Source: Aggregatilineales bacterium
GTDB lineage: Bacteria > Chloroflexota > Anaerolineae > Aggregatilineales > Phototrophicaceae
Assembly: GCA_965214515.1 (NCBI GenBank)
Contig: OZ243955.1
Location: 2,657,773-2,721,772 of the forward strand
Direction of reading: 5' to 3'
DNA: 64,000 nucleotides
In this document: positions 55,295-63,528 of the stretch, in pieces
Numbering within the stretch: the stretch's first letter is position 1
Layout: every line of letters begins with the position of its first letter
Translations under genes and position numbers: made by a program
The notes under the pieces: model-generated
Database searches by the model: none
Seen by the model: the letters and a program-made list of their open reading frames with translations, nothing else
Told to the model about the DNA's origin: nothing

Positions 55295-56128
55295 TCAACC
55301 CTTGAGTGAACCCAGTGTCAAGCCTTTTACGATATATTTTTGTGCAAAAATCGAGAAAACCAGCATTGGCACAATCGCAACAATGGATGCCGCTGTCATC
55401 GGCCCCCAGTTGATTGAAGCATACCCCCGGAAAGATGCGACTGCTACTGTAATTGTCTGGGCATTACTGAAGGACAGCGACAGCGCAATCGTCAGTTCAT
55501 TCCATATCCAAATCGCCGTCAGGATAGCGGTTGCCGCGATGCCGGGCGCAGCCAGCGGAATATAGACATGGCGCAAAGTCCCCAAATGATTGCAGCCATC
55601 AATGCGCGATGCGTCATCAAGCTCGGCCGGGATTTCTTTGAAGAAGCTGCGAATCAGCCAGACTGCAAAGGGCAATGAATGCACCTGATAAACCAGCGCC
55701 AAGCCAATATGGGTGTCATACCAGCCAATTCGCTGATACAGCACATACATGGGAATAACGAACAAGAACTCTGGCAGCATATAGGCCAATAGCAGCCAAA
55801 TGCCAAACAGCTTCTTCCCGCGAAAATGAAAGCGATGAATGCTGTAAGATGCAAAAATCGCAATCACAATCGCCATACTGACTCCCAGCAGGGTTACATA
55901 TATCGTATTCAAAAAGGCATCCACAAAGCCCGGCTTTTCCCAGAGCGCCATATAATGATCCCAGATGGGTTCAAATAGCCACTTTGGCGGTACGGCAAAG
56001 GCATCGCGCTGGGTTTTCAATGAGATACTCAATATCCAGACGATTGGAAAGAGGGTAAGGAGAATCGCCGCCAGCGCAATCAGATAGGCCAGCAGTTTTT
56101 CAAGTTGTGCGCGGCTGTGCATATTCAT
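55295..56128 (-). CDS. Carbohydrate ABC transporter permease (MalG-like)
   Basis: Six TM segments and an EAA-like loop (ELDDASRIDGCNHLGTLRHV). The start has an ATGA overlap with the upstream permease stop. Confidence 0.85.
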   Translation of the reverse strand: MNMHSRAQLEKLLAYLIALAAILLTLFPIVWILSISLKTQRDAFAVPPKWLFEPIWDHYMALWEKPGFVDAFLNTIYVTLLGVSMAIVIAIFASYSIHRFHFRGKKLFGIWLLLAYMLPEFLFVIPMYVLYQRIGWYDTHIGLALVYQVHSLPFAVWLIRSFFKEIPAELDDASRIDGCNHLGTLRHVYIPLAAPGIAATAILTAIWIWNELTIALSLSFSNAQTITVAVASFRGYASINWGPMTAASIVAIVPMLVFSIFAQKYIVKGLTLGSLKG

Positions 56129-57000
56129 CGTCCGTCTTCCGCGATGCGCTCTTCCAAACGGATATAGACGAGGCAAATGGCTAAGACAATCGCCGAAAAA
56201 ATGACCATGATGGTCATGGATTCGCTCATTTTCAAAAAGCTGAAGGCCTTGCGGTAAGCGAGGGTTTGCATCACCTCGGTTGCGATTTGAGGGCCGCCGC
56301 CGGTGGTGCCAAAGATAATATCAAAAACCTTGAGCGTATCAATCGTGCGGAAGATTAAAACGGTGAACAAAACTGGGCGCAGCATGGGCAGCTTGACGCG
56401 GAAAAATATCTGTAGGGCATTAGCGCCATCCACCCGTGCCGCTTCGATGGGTTCTTGTGGCAGGCTTTGCAGACCGGCCAAAACGATAATAAAGACAAAT
56501 GCCGTTTGCCACCAGGCGTCAACCATAATAATTGTCGGCATTGCCGTTGCGGTCGTGCCAAAGAAGGGTGATGGCGGGAGACCAAGCAGCCCCAGCAGAT
56601 AATTGACAATGCCGAGCATGGGGTCTAATAAAACTTTTGACATCAAGGCCACGATGATGCCCGAGACCATTAAAGGCGTGAGGAGCAAGGTGCGGATAAT
56701 GCCGGCGCCAAATTTTAGACGGTCAACGGCAACGGCAAGACCCAATCCCAATAAAACTTCGACAGTGGTGGCGAAAAAAGCGAAGAGAAAGGTTTGATAC
56801 AGCACTTGCCAGAATTCGGCGCTTTTGAATAAATCGAAATAGTTGCGCAAGCCGATGAAATCGAACTGATTGCCCCAATTCCAGTTGTAAAAGCTAAGCA
56901 CAATCGAATAAATCGCCGGATAGAGCGATGTTAAAGCGAGGATGAGGATAGCAGGCGCAATGAGACAATAGGCAAAATTGATTCGGCCGCGAGCAGGCAT
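56125..57000 (-). CDS. Carbohydrate ABC transporter permease (MalF-like)
   Basis: EAA loop EPIEAARVDGANALQIFFRVKLP. GGAG lies 7 nt upstream of the ATG at 57000; the track start 57048 lies inside the intercistronic hairpin. Confidence 0.85.
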   Translation of the reverse strand: MPARGRINFAYCLIAPAILILALTSLYPAIYSIVLSFYNWNWGNQFDFIGLRNYFDLFKSAEFWQVLYQTFLFAFFATTVEVLLGLGLAVAVDRLKFGAGIIRTLLLTPLMVSGIIVALMSKVLLDPMLGIVNYLLGLLGLPPSPFFGTTATAMPTIIMVDAWWQTAFVFIIVLAGLQSLPQEPIEAARVDGANALQIFFRVKLPMLRPVLFTVLIFRTIDTLKVFDIIFGTTGGGPQIATEVMQTLAYRKAFSFLKMSESMTIMVIFSAIVLAICLVYIRLEERIAEDGR

Positions 57001-57019
57001 TTGAGAACTCCGCAAACAT

Positions 57020-57042
57020 GGGCAGGCAAGATAAACCTGCCC
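57020..57042 (-). terminator. Intercistronic stem-loop between the binding-protein and permease genes (attenuator / mRNA-stabilising hairpin)
   Basis: Minus strand: GGGCAGG, a 9-nt loop, then CCTGCCC, followed by ATGTTTGCGG. It sits between the stop at 57067 and the start at 57000. Confidence 0.45.
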
Positions 57043-57066
57043 GCCCATATTTACATGATTGAAGCC

Positions 57067-58401
57067 TTATTGATCTAATTCCAAGATGCGTGCCTGGGCT
57101 TTTGCGGTGGCTTCTTCTGGTGCCATGCCAGCGTACATATCTTGAATCGCATCCACGATGACAAGCGCATATTCACTCCAGCCTTCACGGAAGACAACGG
57201 TTGTGCGCGAACTCTGCATGGCTTTCAGGACAACATCGACATACTGAGCGTTCAGTGAGTCGGTATATTCGGTTTTGTCCCATGTCGAGACACGGGCGGC
57301 GCCGCCATGGAAAGCGCCAATCACCGGTTCAGCGTCTTTACTGGTCATCCATTGGATGAAGTACCAGGCGGCTTCTGGATTTTGGGAATTGGCCGGAATG
57401 CCGATACCCCACATCCAGTGTCCTGTCCGCGATTCTGCGCCCATCTCGACTGGTGGCATCAAGGCATAACCGGTTTTACCCGCCACGGCTGAGGCATCTG
57501 GGTCTTCGAAGCCGGGGCCAAAGAGGCTGGCATCGATAAAGAAGGCAGCCCGTCCCTGTTGGAACAGCAAACTGGCATCGGGCCAGTCGAGCGACTGGAT
57601 ATTGATGGGGCCAGCGGACATCATGCCGGCATAATGCGACAAACCGGCGGTGATGCGCTCATCGGTCAGAATCGGCGCTGACCAATCCCCATCAAACCAG
57701 AGGTTGTAGGGCAATGACATCATAGCATCGCCCCAATTATTGAAGACCATCCCGGTTACAGTATCCATAATGGTATGTGAGCGAATCCCGCGCATGACCG
57801 CACCGGCAACCATACCGCCGCTTTCTTCGGTAATCATTCGAGCGGCGGCAATCAGTTCACCCATTGTCCCCGGAACCTGGCCATCCAAGTATTCATCTAC
57901 CAAATCCTGGTTATAGAACAGTGTATAAGCCTCGAAGGAGACTGGAATGGCAAAATCTTCTGCATCTGGGCTGCCGGGAGGATATTGGGTTGCCTGCGTA
58001 AAACCAATCGGAAAGTCGGCGAAGTCATAATCCGCAGGAGTCATGCCGGGGTCATTGAGGAAAGGCGTGAGCGGATGAATTAAACCATTCGACCATTGCG
58101 TAAAAGCAGTCGAGTCCATGGGCACCATATAAACATCCATGACGCCCATATCAGCCCGCAGGGCAACTTCCATACGGTCAAAATACAGATTTTCGGCTAG
58201 CGCTTCGATGTTCACCGTGATACCCGTATCCGCCTCAAAATCATCAAGAACACTGCGCATACCATCCAGAACAGGATGTTCGGGCATCAGAATGGTGATT
58301 TCGCTGCCAGAAAATTGCTGCCAGTCCAAATCCTGGGCATGGACAACTGGCATCAAAGTCAGAACAAGCAAAAGGCCAAGAACAAAATACAGCTTCTTCA
58401 T
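57067..58401 (-). CDS. Extracellular solute-binding protein of a carbohydrate ABC transporter
   Basis: Signal peptide MKKLYFVLGLLLVLTLMPVVHA, with 444-aa family-1 SBP-like size and composition. Confidence 0.82.
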   Translation of the reverse strand: MKKLYFVLGLLLVLTLMPVVHAQDLDWQQFSGSEITILMPEHPVLDGMRSVLDDFEADTGITVNIEALAENLYFDRMEVALRADMGVMDVYMVPMDSTAFTQWSNGLIHPLTPFLNDPGMTPADYDFADFPIGFTQATQYPPGSPDAEDFAIPVSFEAYTLFYNQDLVDEYLDGQVPGTMGELIAAARMITEESGGMVAGAVMRGIRSHTIMDTVTGMVFNNWGDAMMSLPYNLWFDGDWSAPILTDERITAGLSHYAGMMSAGPINIQSLDWPDASLLFQQGRAAFFIDASLFGPGFEDPDASAVAGKTGYALMPPVEMGAESRTGHWMWGIGIPANSQNPEAAWYFIQWMTSKDAEPVIGAFHGGAARVSTWDKTEYTDSLNAQYVDVVLKAMQSSRTTVVFREGWSEYALVIVDAIQDMYAGMAPEEATAKAQARILELDQ

Positions 58402-58478
58402 AATAAAATCTCCTGAATTGTTTTGAACGATAAATCAACTGACATCTATCTGTCAGCGTGCCTCACAAGACCAGCCCT

Positions 58479-59522
58479 CTAAAGCGCATGATGGGCGTAA
58501 GCTGCGTCGATATTGGAGCGAACTGTGGCGACAAAGGCTTCGTCAATCGCGGCTTCGTGGGCGATGCCGTACCATAAACCGGCCTGCCGAACAAAATCGG
58601 ACAAGTTGAGCAGCGCATGGGAAAGGTCATCCCAGGTGATATTCATCGCTTCGGGGCGAATATCCACGCCAGCGCGTAAAATCGCAGCCAGCATGGCTTG
58701 CGGCTGGGCATTGTGCAGCAGTGAACCCACATAAATGCCCAGACAAACGGGCTGACCGTGAATAAACTTTTTGCCGGTGTAGTATTCCAAAGCATAAAAC
58801 AGGAAATGGTCAATGCCTTCGATATGGCGCGGATTCCAGCCAGCATTGTGGAAGGCTGCCCCGCCCCAGCGATTGGCGGTCATCAAGGTGCGGATGCCAT
58901 GTTCATTGACCTGACGAATATCATCCAAAGCATCCATCACCGCAGCCATCACCGATTGCGCCTCAGCGACCAAGTTCGGGTCATAGGGCCATTTCGCCTC
59001 TGTTTTTCTGCGAGCATGAGCAAGCTGCCAATCCGCATGGGCGGTATGATAGCATAATATCTCACAGATGCCGCTGCGATTCACGACCGGGGGCGCGTCT
59101 TGAATGACATCAAAATCAACATAGACCGCCTCTGGCACAGCCCAGCCCACATAGCGCACATTGCCGCTAAAACGCAGCCCGCAGCGATGCCCAAAGGCCG
59201 CGTTCACGGACATGGAAGTCGGCACCTGGAACAGAGGCAGGCGCCGTGACCAAGCGAAATACTTGGCGACATCCAGCGCCTGCCCGCCGCCCAAACCGAT
59301 GATGCCGTTCACTGGCGGCAAAGCAGCGATTTCGTCAGCCAGTTCATCGCCATCAATGGTCGTTACCAGATAAGGACCCACCAGATGTTCGTCAAAATGA
59401 GCGGAAAATTTCTCCCATAAATCATCCATGGTGACAACAAGATAGGGGCGATGAACAAAGTTCGGCAATTCGCCAATTAAATTGCGTCCGAAGATGGTTG
59501 TAAATCCAGCGCTGTTCTGCAT
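58479..59522 (-). CDS. Iron-containing alcohol dehydrogenase / glycerol-1-phosphate dehydrogenase (AraM/EgsA)-like, DHQS-fold protein
   Basis: NAD-binding GLGGGQALDVAKYFA and PTSMSVNAAFG, with a metal His pair in GIDHFLFYALE...IHGQPV. The ATG at 59522 is preferred over the GTG at 59600. Confidence 0.7.
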   Translation of the reverse strand: MQNSAGFTTIFGRNLIGELPNFVHRPYLVVTMDDLWEKFSAHFDEHLVGPYLVTTIDGDELADEIAALPPVNGIIGLGGGQALDVAKYFAWSRRLPLFQVPTSMSVNAAFGHRCGLRFSGNVRYVGWAVPEAVYVDFDVIQDAPPVVNRSGICEILCYHTAHADWQLAHARRKTEAKWPYDPNLVAEAQSVMAAVMDALDDIRQVNEHGIRTLMTANRWGGAAFHNAGWNPRHIEGIDHFLFYALEYYTGKKFIHGQPVCLGIYVGSLLHNAQPQAMLAAILRAGVDIRPEAMNITWDDLSHALLNLSDFVRQAGLWYGIAHEAAIDEAFVATVRSNIDAAYAHHAL

Positions 59523-59618
59523 GTCAAGGCTCTCTTTGTATAGTTTGTTCAGTATATCGCTGATTGACGCGCATATCAACTCCAGCGAAGAACTCGGCAC
59601 ATTGCTGGGCTTCAGGTT

Positions 59619-60182
59619 TCAGCGTTTGCGCAATACCATGTAAAGCGAATCCCTTGGCTCTATCTCGGTGTATCGTTGGACATCCAGGATTTCATAGTCC
59701 GCACCCATCAAGGCTTTCAATGTATTTTCGTCATAATAGACAAAGTGCAGACCCTGATAATCGCCCTCGGCGGCGCCATACCAAAACGAATGAAGCGCAA
59801 TCCCGCCTGTTTCGAGAACGTGCCTTTGACGTTCAAACGAAGTCAGAAGCTCATCGCGCGTCAAGTGATGCAGCACTTTGTTGGTGTAGATGCCGTGATA
59901 GTGGCTGTCGGTGTCTATTGTTATGGCATTCAGCAGCCTGACATCCAGGTTCGGATGCAGCAGCCTGAAACGTTCAACGAATACAGCGGATAAATCAGAA
60001 CCGGTTGCTTGATAGTGTTCAGCGAGCATTAACAGGTCTTTGCCCGGCCCCATGCCTAATTCCAGTACCCTTGACCCCGCTGGCAGATGCTGCCTGAGAA
60101 CATCAATGAGCCATTTCCCATCGCAGCCGTCCGCCATTCGGATATATTGTTCCACATTCTCCTGGCTGTCATAATAACCCAC
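59619..60182 (-). CDS. Class I SAM-dependent methyltransferase
   Basis: Motif I VLELGMGPGKD; 187 aa. Confidence 0.8.
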   Translation of the reverse strand: MGYYDSQENVEQYIRMADGCDGKWLIDVLRQHLPAGSRVLELGMGPGKDLLMLAEHYQATGSDLSAVFVERFRLLHPNLDVRLLNAITIDTDSHYHGIYTNKVLHHLTRDELLTSFERQRHVLETGGIALHSFWYGAAEGDYQGLHFVYYDENTLKALMGADYEILDVQRYTEIEPRDSLYMVLRKR

Positions 60183-60310
60183 GTTCGGCTTTCCTCATCG
60201 TCCTTATCATCCTTCAGCTATGAAGTCCGCTTATCTTATCAGGAGAGCCGGGCTTATACCAAGCCAATCCGTTCCAAAGGCGAAAGGCGGGGCAATCTGC
60301 ATCAGCCCCC

Positions 60311-60349
60311 TTGACAAAATTTTTAAGTTAGTCTAAAAATTTACTTAAA
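60311..60349 (+). promoter_or_regulatory. Putative promoter (TTGACA - 17 nt - TAAAAA) overlapped by an AT-rich inverted repeat / DtxR-IdeR-box-like candidate operator
   Basis: TTGACA is at 60311-60316. The inverted repeat is TTTAAGT (60322-60328) / ACTTAAA (60343-60349). The 19-mer TTAAGTTAGTCTAAAAATT (60323-60341) matches the IdeR/DtxR consensus TTAGGTTAGCCTAACCTAA at 12/19 positions, and 8/9 in the left half-site. Confidence 0.35.
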
Positions 60350-60383
60350 GCGACTGAAAGAAGTTATGGGAGGCATCCATACC

Positions 60384-61403
60384 ATGAAACATCTGGCGAT
60401 TTTGCTGTCTCTGCTGCTGATTGTGACGGGCAGCGGCGCAGCGCAGGATGACAAATTGAACATTGTAGCGACAACAACACAAGCCACCGACCTTATGCGT
60501 ATTTTGAGTGAGGGGCTTGACCATATTCATATCACGGCTTTGATGGGCGCCGGGGTGGACCCACATTTGTATCAGCCGACTGAATCCGATATTGTCGCTA
60601 TGAATCAAGCCGAAATGGTGATTTACAGCGGGCTGCATCTTGAAGGTCAGTTTGATGCGGTATTTGAGGCGCTTGCCGAGCAGGGAGTCGTGATTTATGC
60701 GCTGGGCAGGGCGGTCAAGGAGGCGGGTTTTATTATTGGCGGCTTCGAACTTTCGGAGCAGCTGAGCAATGTTGATGACCCGCATTTCTGGTTCGACCCG
60801 CGCAACTGGGAAATCACAGTGCAGGACCTTGCCGATGCGCTGGCTGCGCAGGATCCCGACCATGCCGCCGCCTATCAGGCGAATGCCGCCGCTTATATCG
60901 AGCAGCTGCAATGGTTATATGACTGGGCAAATACGGGTTTGCGCTCGATTGACAAAGCGCAGCGCTATCTGGTGACCTCGCACGATGCCTTTCAGTATTT
61001 TGGCGCTGCTTTTGGCTGGCAGATGCAGGCGATTCAAGGTTTAAGCACTGAGGATGAAGCTGGCGTGGGGGATATTCAAGCGACGGTCGATTTTGTCATC
61101 GACAACGAGATACCGGTCTTGTTTGTCGAGAGCAGCATCCCGCCCGATACCATCGAGGCTGTGATTGCAGCGGTGCAGGCACAAGGCAAAGAGGTGCGGA
61201 TAGGCGTGCGCGAGTTGTTTGGCGATGCTATGGGCGAGCCAGATACCTTTGGCGGAACTTATGTGGGGATGCTGGCGCAGAACGCCTTGACCATCATGCA
61301 ATCCTATGCGTGCATGGGGGTCGCGGTGGATATTCTGGACTGGCACGCGGGTTTGTCGCCAGAACCGCCGGCGGAATTGCTGGAGGTTGACTGTGATGCC
61401 TGA
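60384..61403 (+). CDS. Metal ABC transporter substrate-binding protein (TroA/MntC/ZnuA cluster A-I)
   Basis: Signal peptide MKHLAILLSLLLIVTGSGAA, with GVDPHLYQP, DDPHFWFDP and LFGDAMG motifs. There is no His-rich loop, which fits the Mn/Fe type better than ZnuA. Confidence 0.85.
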   Translation: MKHLAILLSLLLIVTGSGAAQDDKLNIVATTTQATDLMRILSEGLDHIHITALMGAGVDPHLYQPTESDIVAMNQAEMVIYSGLHLEGQFDAVFEALAEQGVVIYALGRAVKEAGFIIGGFELSEQLSNVDDPHFWFDPRNWEITVQDLADALAAQDPDHAAAYQANAAAYIEQLQWLYDWANTGLRSIDKAQRYLVTSHDAFQYFGAAFGWQMQAIQGLSTEDEAGVGDIQATVDFVIDNEIPVLFVESSIPPDTIEAVIAAVQAQGKEVRIGVRELFGDAMGEPDTFGGTYVGMLAQNALTIMQSYACMGVAVDILDWHAGLSPEPPAELLEVDCDA

Positions 61404-61423
61404 TAGGCGAAGGGCGGTGAACG

Positions 61424-62191
61424 GTGGACGATAAACGGCATCTGGCGCTTTCGGTGGATGACCTGACGGTCGCTTATCACAGCAAACCGGCCATCTGGGA
61501 TATTGACCTGGATGTGCCGGAGGGTGTGCTGATGGCCATTGTCGGGCCTAATGGCGCGGGCAAAAGCACCCTGATTAAGGCGGTGCTTAATCTGATTCCG
61601 CGAGCGGCCGGCACAGTTGGTTTTTATGGCAAGCCCTATGAACAGGCGCGGTCGCTGGTGGGCTATGTCCCGCAGCGCGGCAGCGTCGATTGGGATTTCC
61701 CGACTTCGGTGCTGGATGTGGTGACGATGGGTCTCTATGGCAGGCTGGGCTGGTTTCGCCGCCCTGGCCGCAAAGAGCGGGCCTTGGCGCTGAATGCCCT
61801 CGACCAAGTGGGGTTGGTGGATTTTATGGACCGCCAAATCAGCCAGCTTTCCGGCGGGCAGCAGCAGCGTACTTTTCTCGCCCGCGCTTTGGTGCAGGAT
61901 GCGCAAATCTATTTCATGGACGAACCCTTTGCCGCGGTGGATGCGGTGACCGAACGCGCCATCGTCCATATCCTGTGCGAACTGAAGCAGCGCGGCAAGA
62001 CGGTGCTGGTGGTGCATCACGATTTACAGACGGTCGAAGAGTATTTTGACTGGCTGACGCTGCTGAATGTCGAGGTCATCGCCAGCGGCAGGACAGCCGC
62101 CACCTTTACCGCGGAAAATCTCCAGAAAACCTATGGCGGGCGGGTCGCCTATCTAAATGGCGCTGGGCGAATGGCGGCCATGGGGGATTAG
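61424..62191 (+). CDS. Metal ABC transporter ATP-binding protein
   Basis: Walker A GPNGAGKST, signature LSGGQQQR and Walker B IYFMDEP. GTG start. Confidence 0.88.
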   Translation: MDDKRHLALSVDDLTVAYHSKPAIWDIDLDVPEGVLMAIVGPNGAGKSTLIKAVLNLIPRAAGTVGFYGKPYEQARSLVGYVPQRGSVDWDFPTSVLDVVTMGLYGRLGWFRRPGRKERALALNALDQVGLVDFMDRQISQLSGGQQQRTFLARALVQDAQIYFMDEPFAAVDAVTERAIVHILCELKQRGKTVLVVHHDLQTVEEYFDWLTLLNVEVIASGRTAATFTAENLQKTYGGRVAYLNGAGRMAAMGD

Positions 62192-62193
62192 CC

Positions 62194-63528
62194 ATGCAAG
62201 GGAAACCCTTTTTCAGCGAAGACAGGCGCGTTTGGCTGACTATTGCCGTGATTGGGCTTTTGGGAGTGATATTTATTCCCGCCAGCCAGCTTTTGCTGGG
62301 CGTGGGCTATACCTATACGGTGCGCGTGGTGGCGCTTGGCGGCTTGATACTGGGGATGATTAGCGGGGTTCTGGGGTGTTTCGCGGTTTTGCGCCACGAG
62401 AGCCTGCTGGGCGATGCGCTCTCTCATGCTGCGCTGCCAGGGGTAGCCATCGCCTTTTTGCTGGTCGGGCGCGAGTTGAGCCTGCTGCTGGTCGGCGCGG
62501 GCATTGCCAGTTGGCTGGCCTTGCGCTTTGTGGCGTCGATTTTGCGCACGACGCGCATCAAGCAGGATACCGCCCTGGGCATTGTCCTGGCGGCGTGGTT
62601 TGCCGCTGGCATCGCTCTGCTGACCTATATTCAATCCATTCCCGATGCCAGCCAAGCCGGGCTGGACAATTTTATCTTTGGGCAGGCGGCCGCCATCATC
62701 GAAAGTGATGTCGTGCTGGTGAGTGGCGTTGGCCTGGCTGTTTTCCTTGTGCTGCTGCTCTTCTGGAAAGAGTTCAAGCTGGTGACTTTTGACGCGGAAT
62801 TCGCCAGCGCCAATGGCTTTCGGGTTGGCTTCATCAACACCTTGCTATCGACCCTGATTGTGGTGGCGATAGTGCTGGGCTTGCAACTGGCGGGGGTCAT
62901 CCTGATGGTCGGCATCTTGATTGCGCCGGCTATCGCTGCCCGCCAATGGACGCACAAGCTCGACCAGATGGTGATTCTGGCTGCTGTGTTTGGCGCTTTT
63001 TCTGGGGGCGTTGGCGCGGTAATCAGCGCGATTGAGAGCGATATTCCGACTGGCCCGATGATTATCGTGGTTGCTTTTGCCCTGGTGATGCTGTCGATTG
63101 CTTTTGCGCCGGGGCGCGGTTTGGTCTGGGCTGGCTGGCGACAGCGAAGCGACAGCCGCCGCTTTGCCAAACAGAATGCGCTGCGCGACCTCTATAAATA
63201 CGCCACATCTCACGGGGCGGCTGATTTGCCAGTGCCAGACGCTTTCATTCGCGGGATAGCGAATCGGAGCGTTTTGATGGGTTTGAAGCAGCTGCGGCAG
63301 GAGGGGCATGTGGATGACTGCGCGGGCGACTGGCGGCTCACAAAAACGGGCATCCAACTGGCGCAGCGTGATGCCCGCAACCTGCGGCTCTGGGATATGT
63401 ATCGGCTCTTTGGCGAGGAGCTTGGCCTGCCAGTCCTGCATGAAGACCGCCAGCTTGATATTTGCGATGTCCTGCCGCAGGAGATGGTCGAAAAACTGGA
63501 GCGCAAGCTGGAAGGGCGGAACGCCTGA
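62194..63528 (+). CDS. Metal ABC transporter (ABC-3) permease fused to a C-terminal DtxR/MntR-like winged-helix plus dimerisation-domain segment
   Basis: The first ~310 aa form a typical ABC-3 permease (DALSHAALPGVA). The last ~130 aa align by eye to DtxR residues ~8-120 (..LKQLRQEGHV....RLTKTGIQLAQRDARNLRLWDMY....LGL...HED....VLPQEMVEKLERKL). Confidence 0.75.
   Translation: MQGKPFFSEDRRVWLTIAVIGLLGVIFIPASQLLLGVGYTYTVRVVALGGLILGMISGVLGCFAVLRHESLLGDALSHAALPGVAIAFLLVGRELSLLLVGAGIASWLALRFVASILRTTRIKQDTALGIVLAAWFAAGIALLTYIQSIPDASQAGLDNFIFGQAAAIIESDVVLVSGVGLAVFLVLLLFWKEFKLVTFDAEFASANGFRVGFINTLLSTLIVVAIVLGLQLAGVILMVGILIAPAIAARQWTHKLDQMVILAAVFGAFSGGVGAVISAIESDIPTGPMIIVVAFALVMLSIAFAPGRGLVWAGWRQRSDSRRFAKQNALRDLYKYATSHGAADLPVPDAFIRGIANRSVLMGLKQLRQEGHVDDCAGDWRLTKTGIQLAQRDARNLRLWDMYRLFGEELGLPVLHEDRQLDICDVLPQEMVEKLERKLEGRNA

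Noticed and set aside
58439-58456. Palindrome CTGACA-TCTATC-TGTCAG between the dehydrogenase-like gene and the solute-binding-protein gene, as a possible terminator.
   Set aside because: The stem is only 6 bp with 3 G:C pairs, and the downstream T-tract is weak. I did not annotate it as a terminator.
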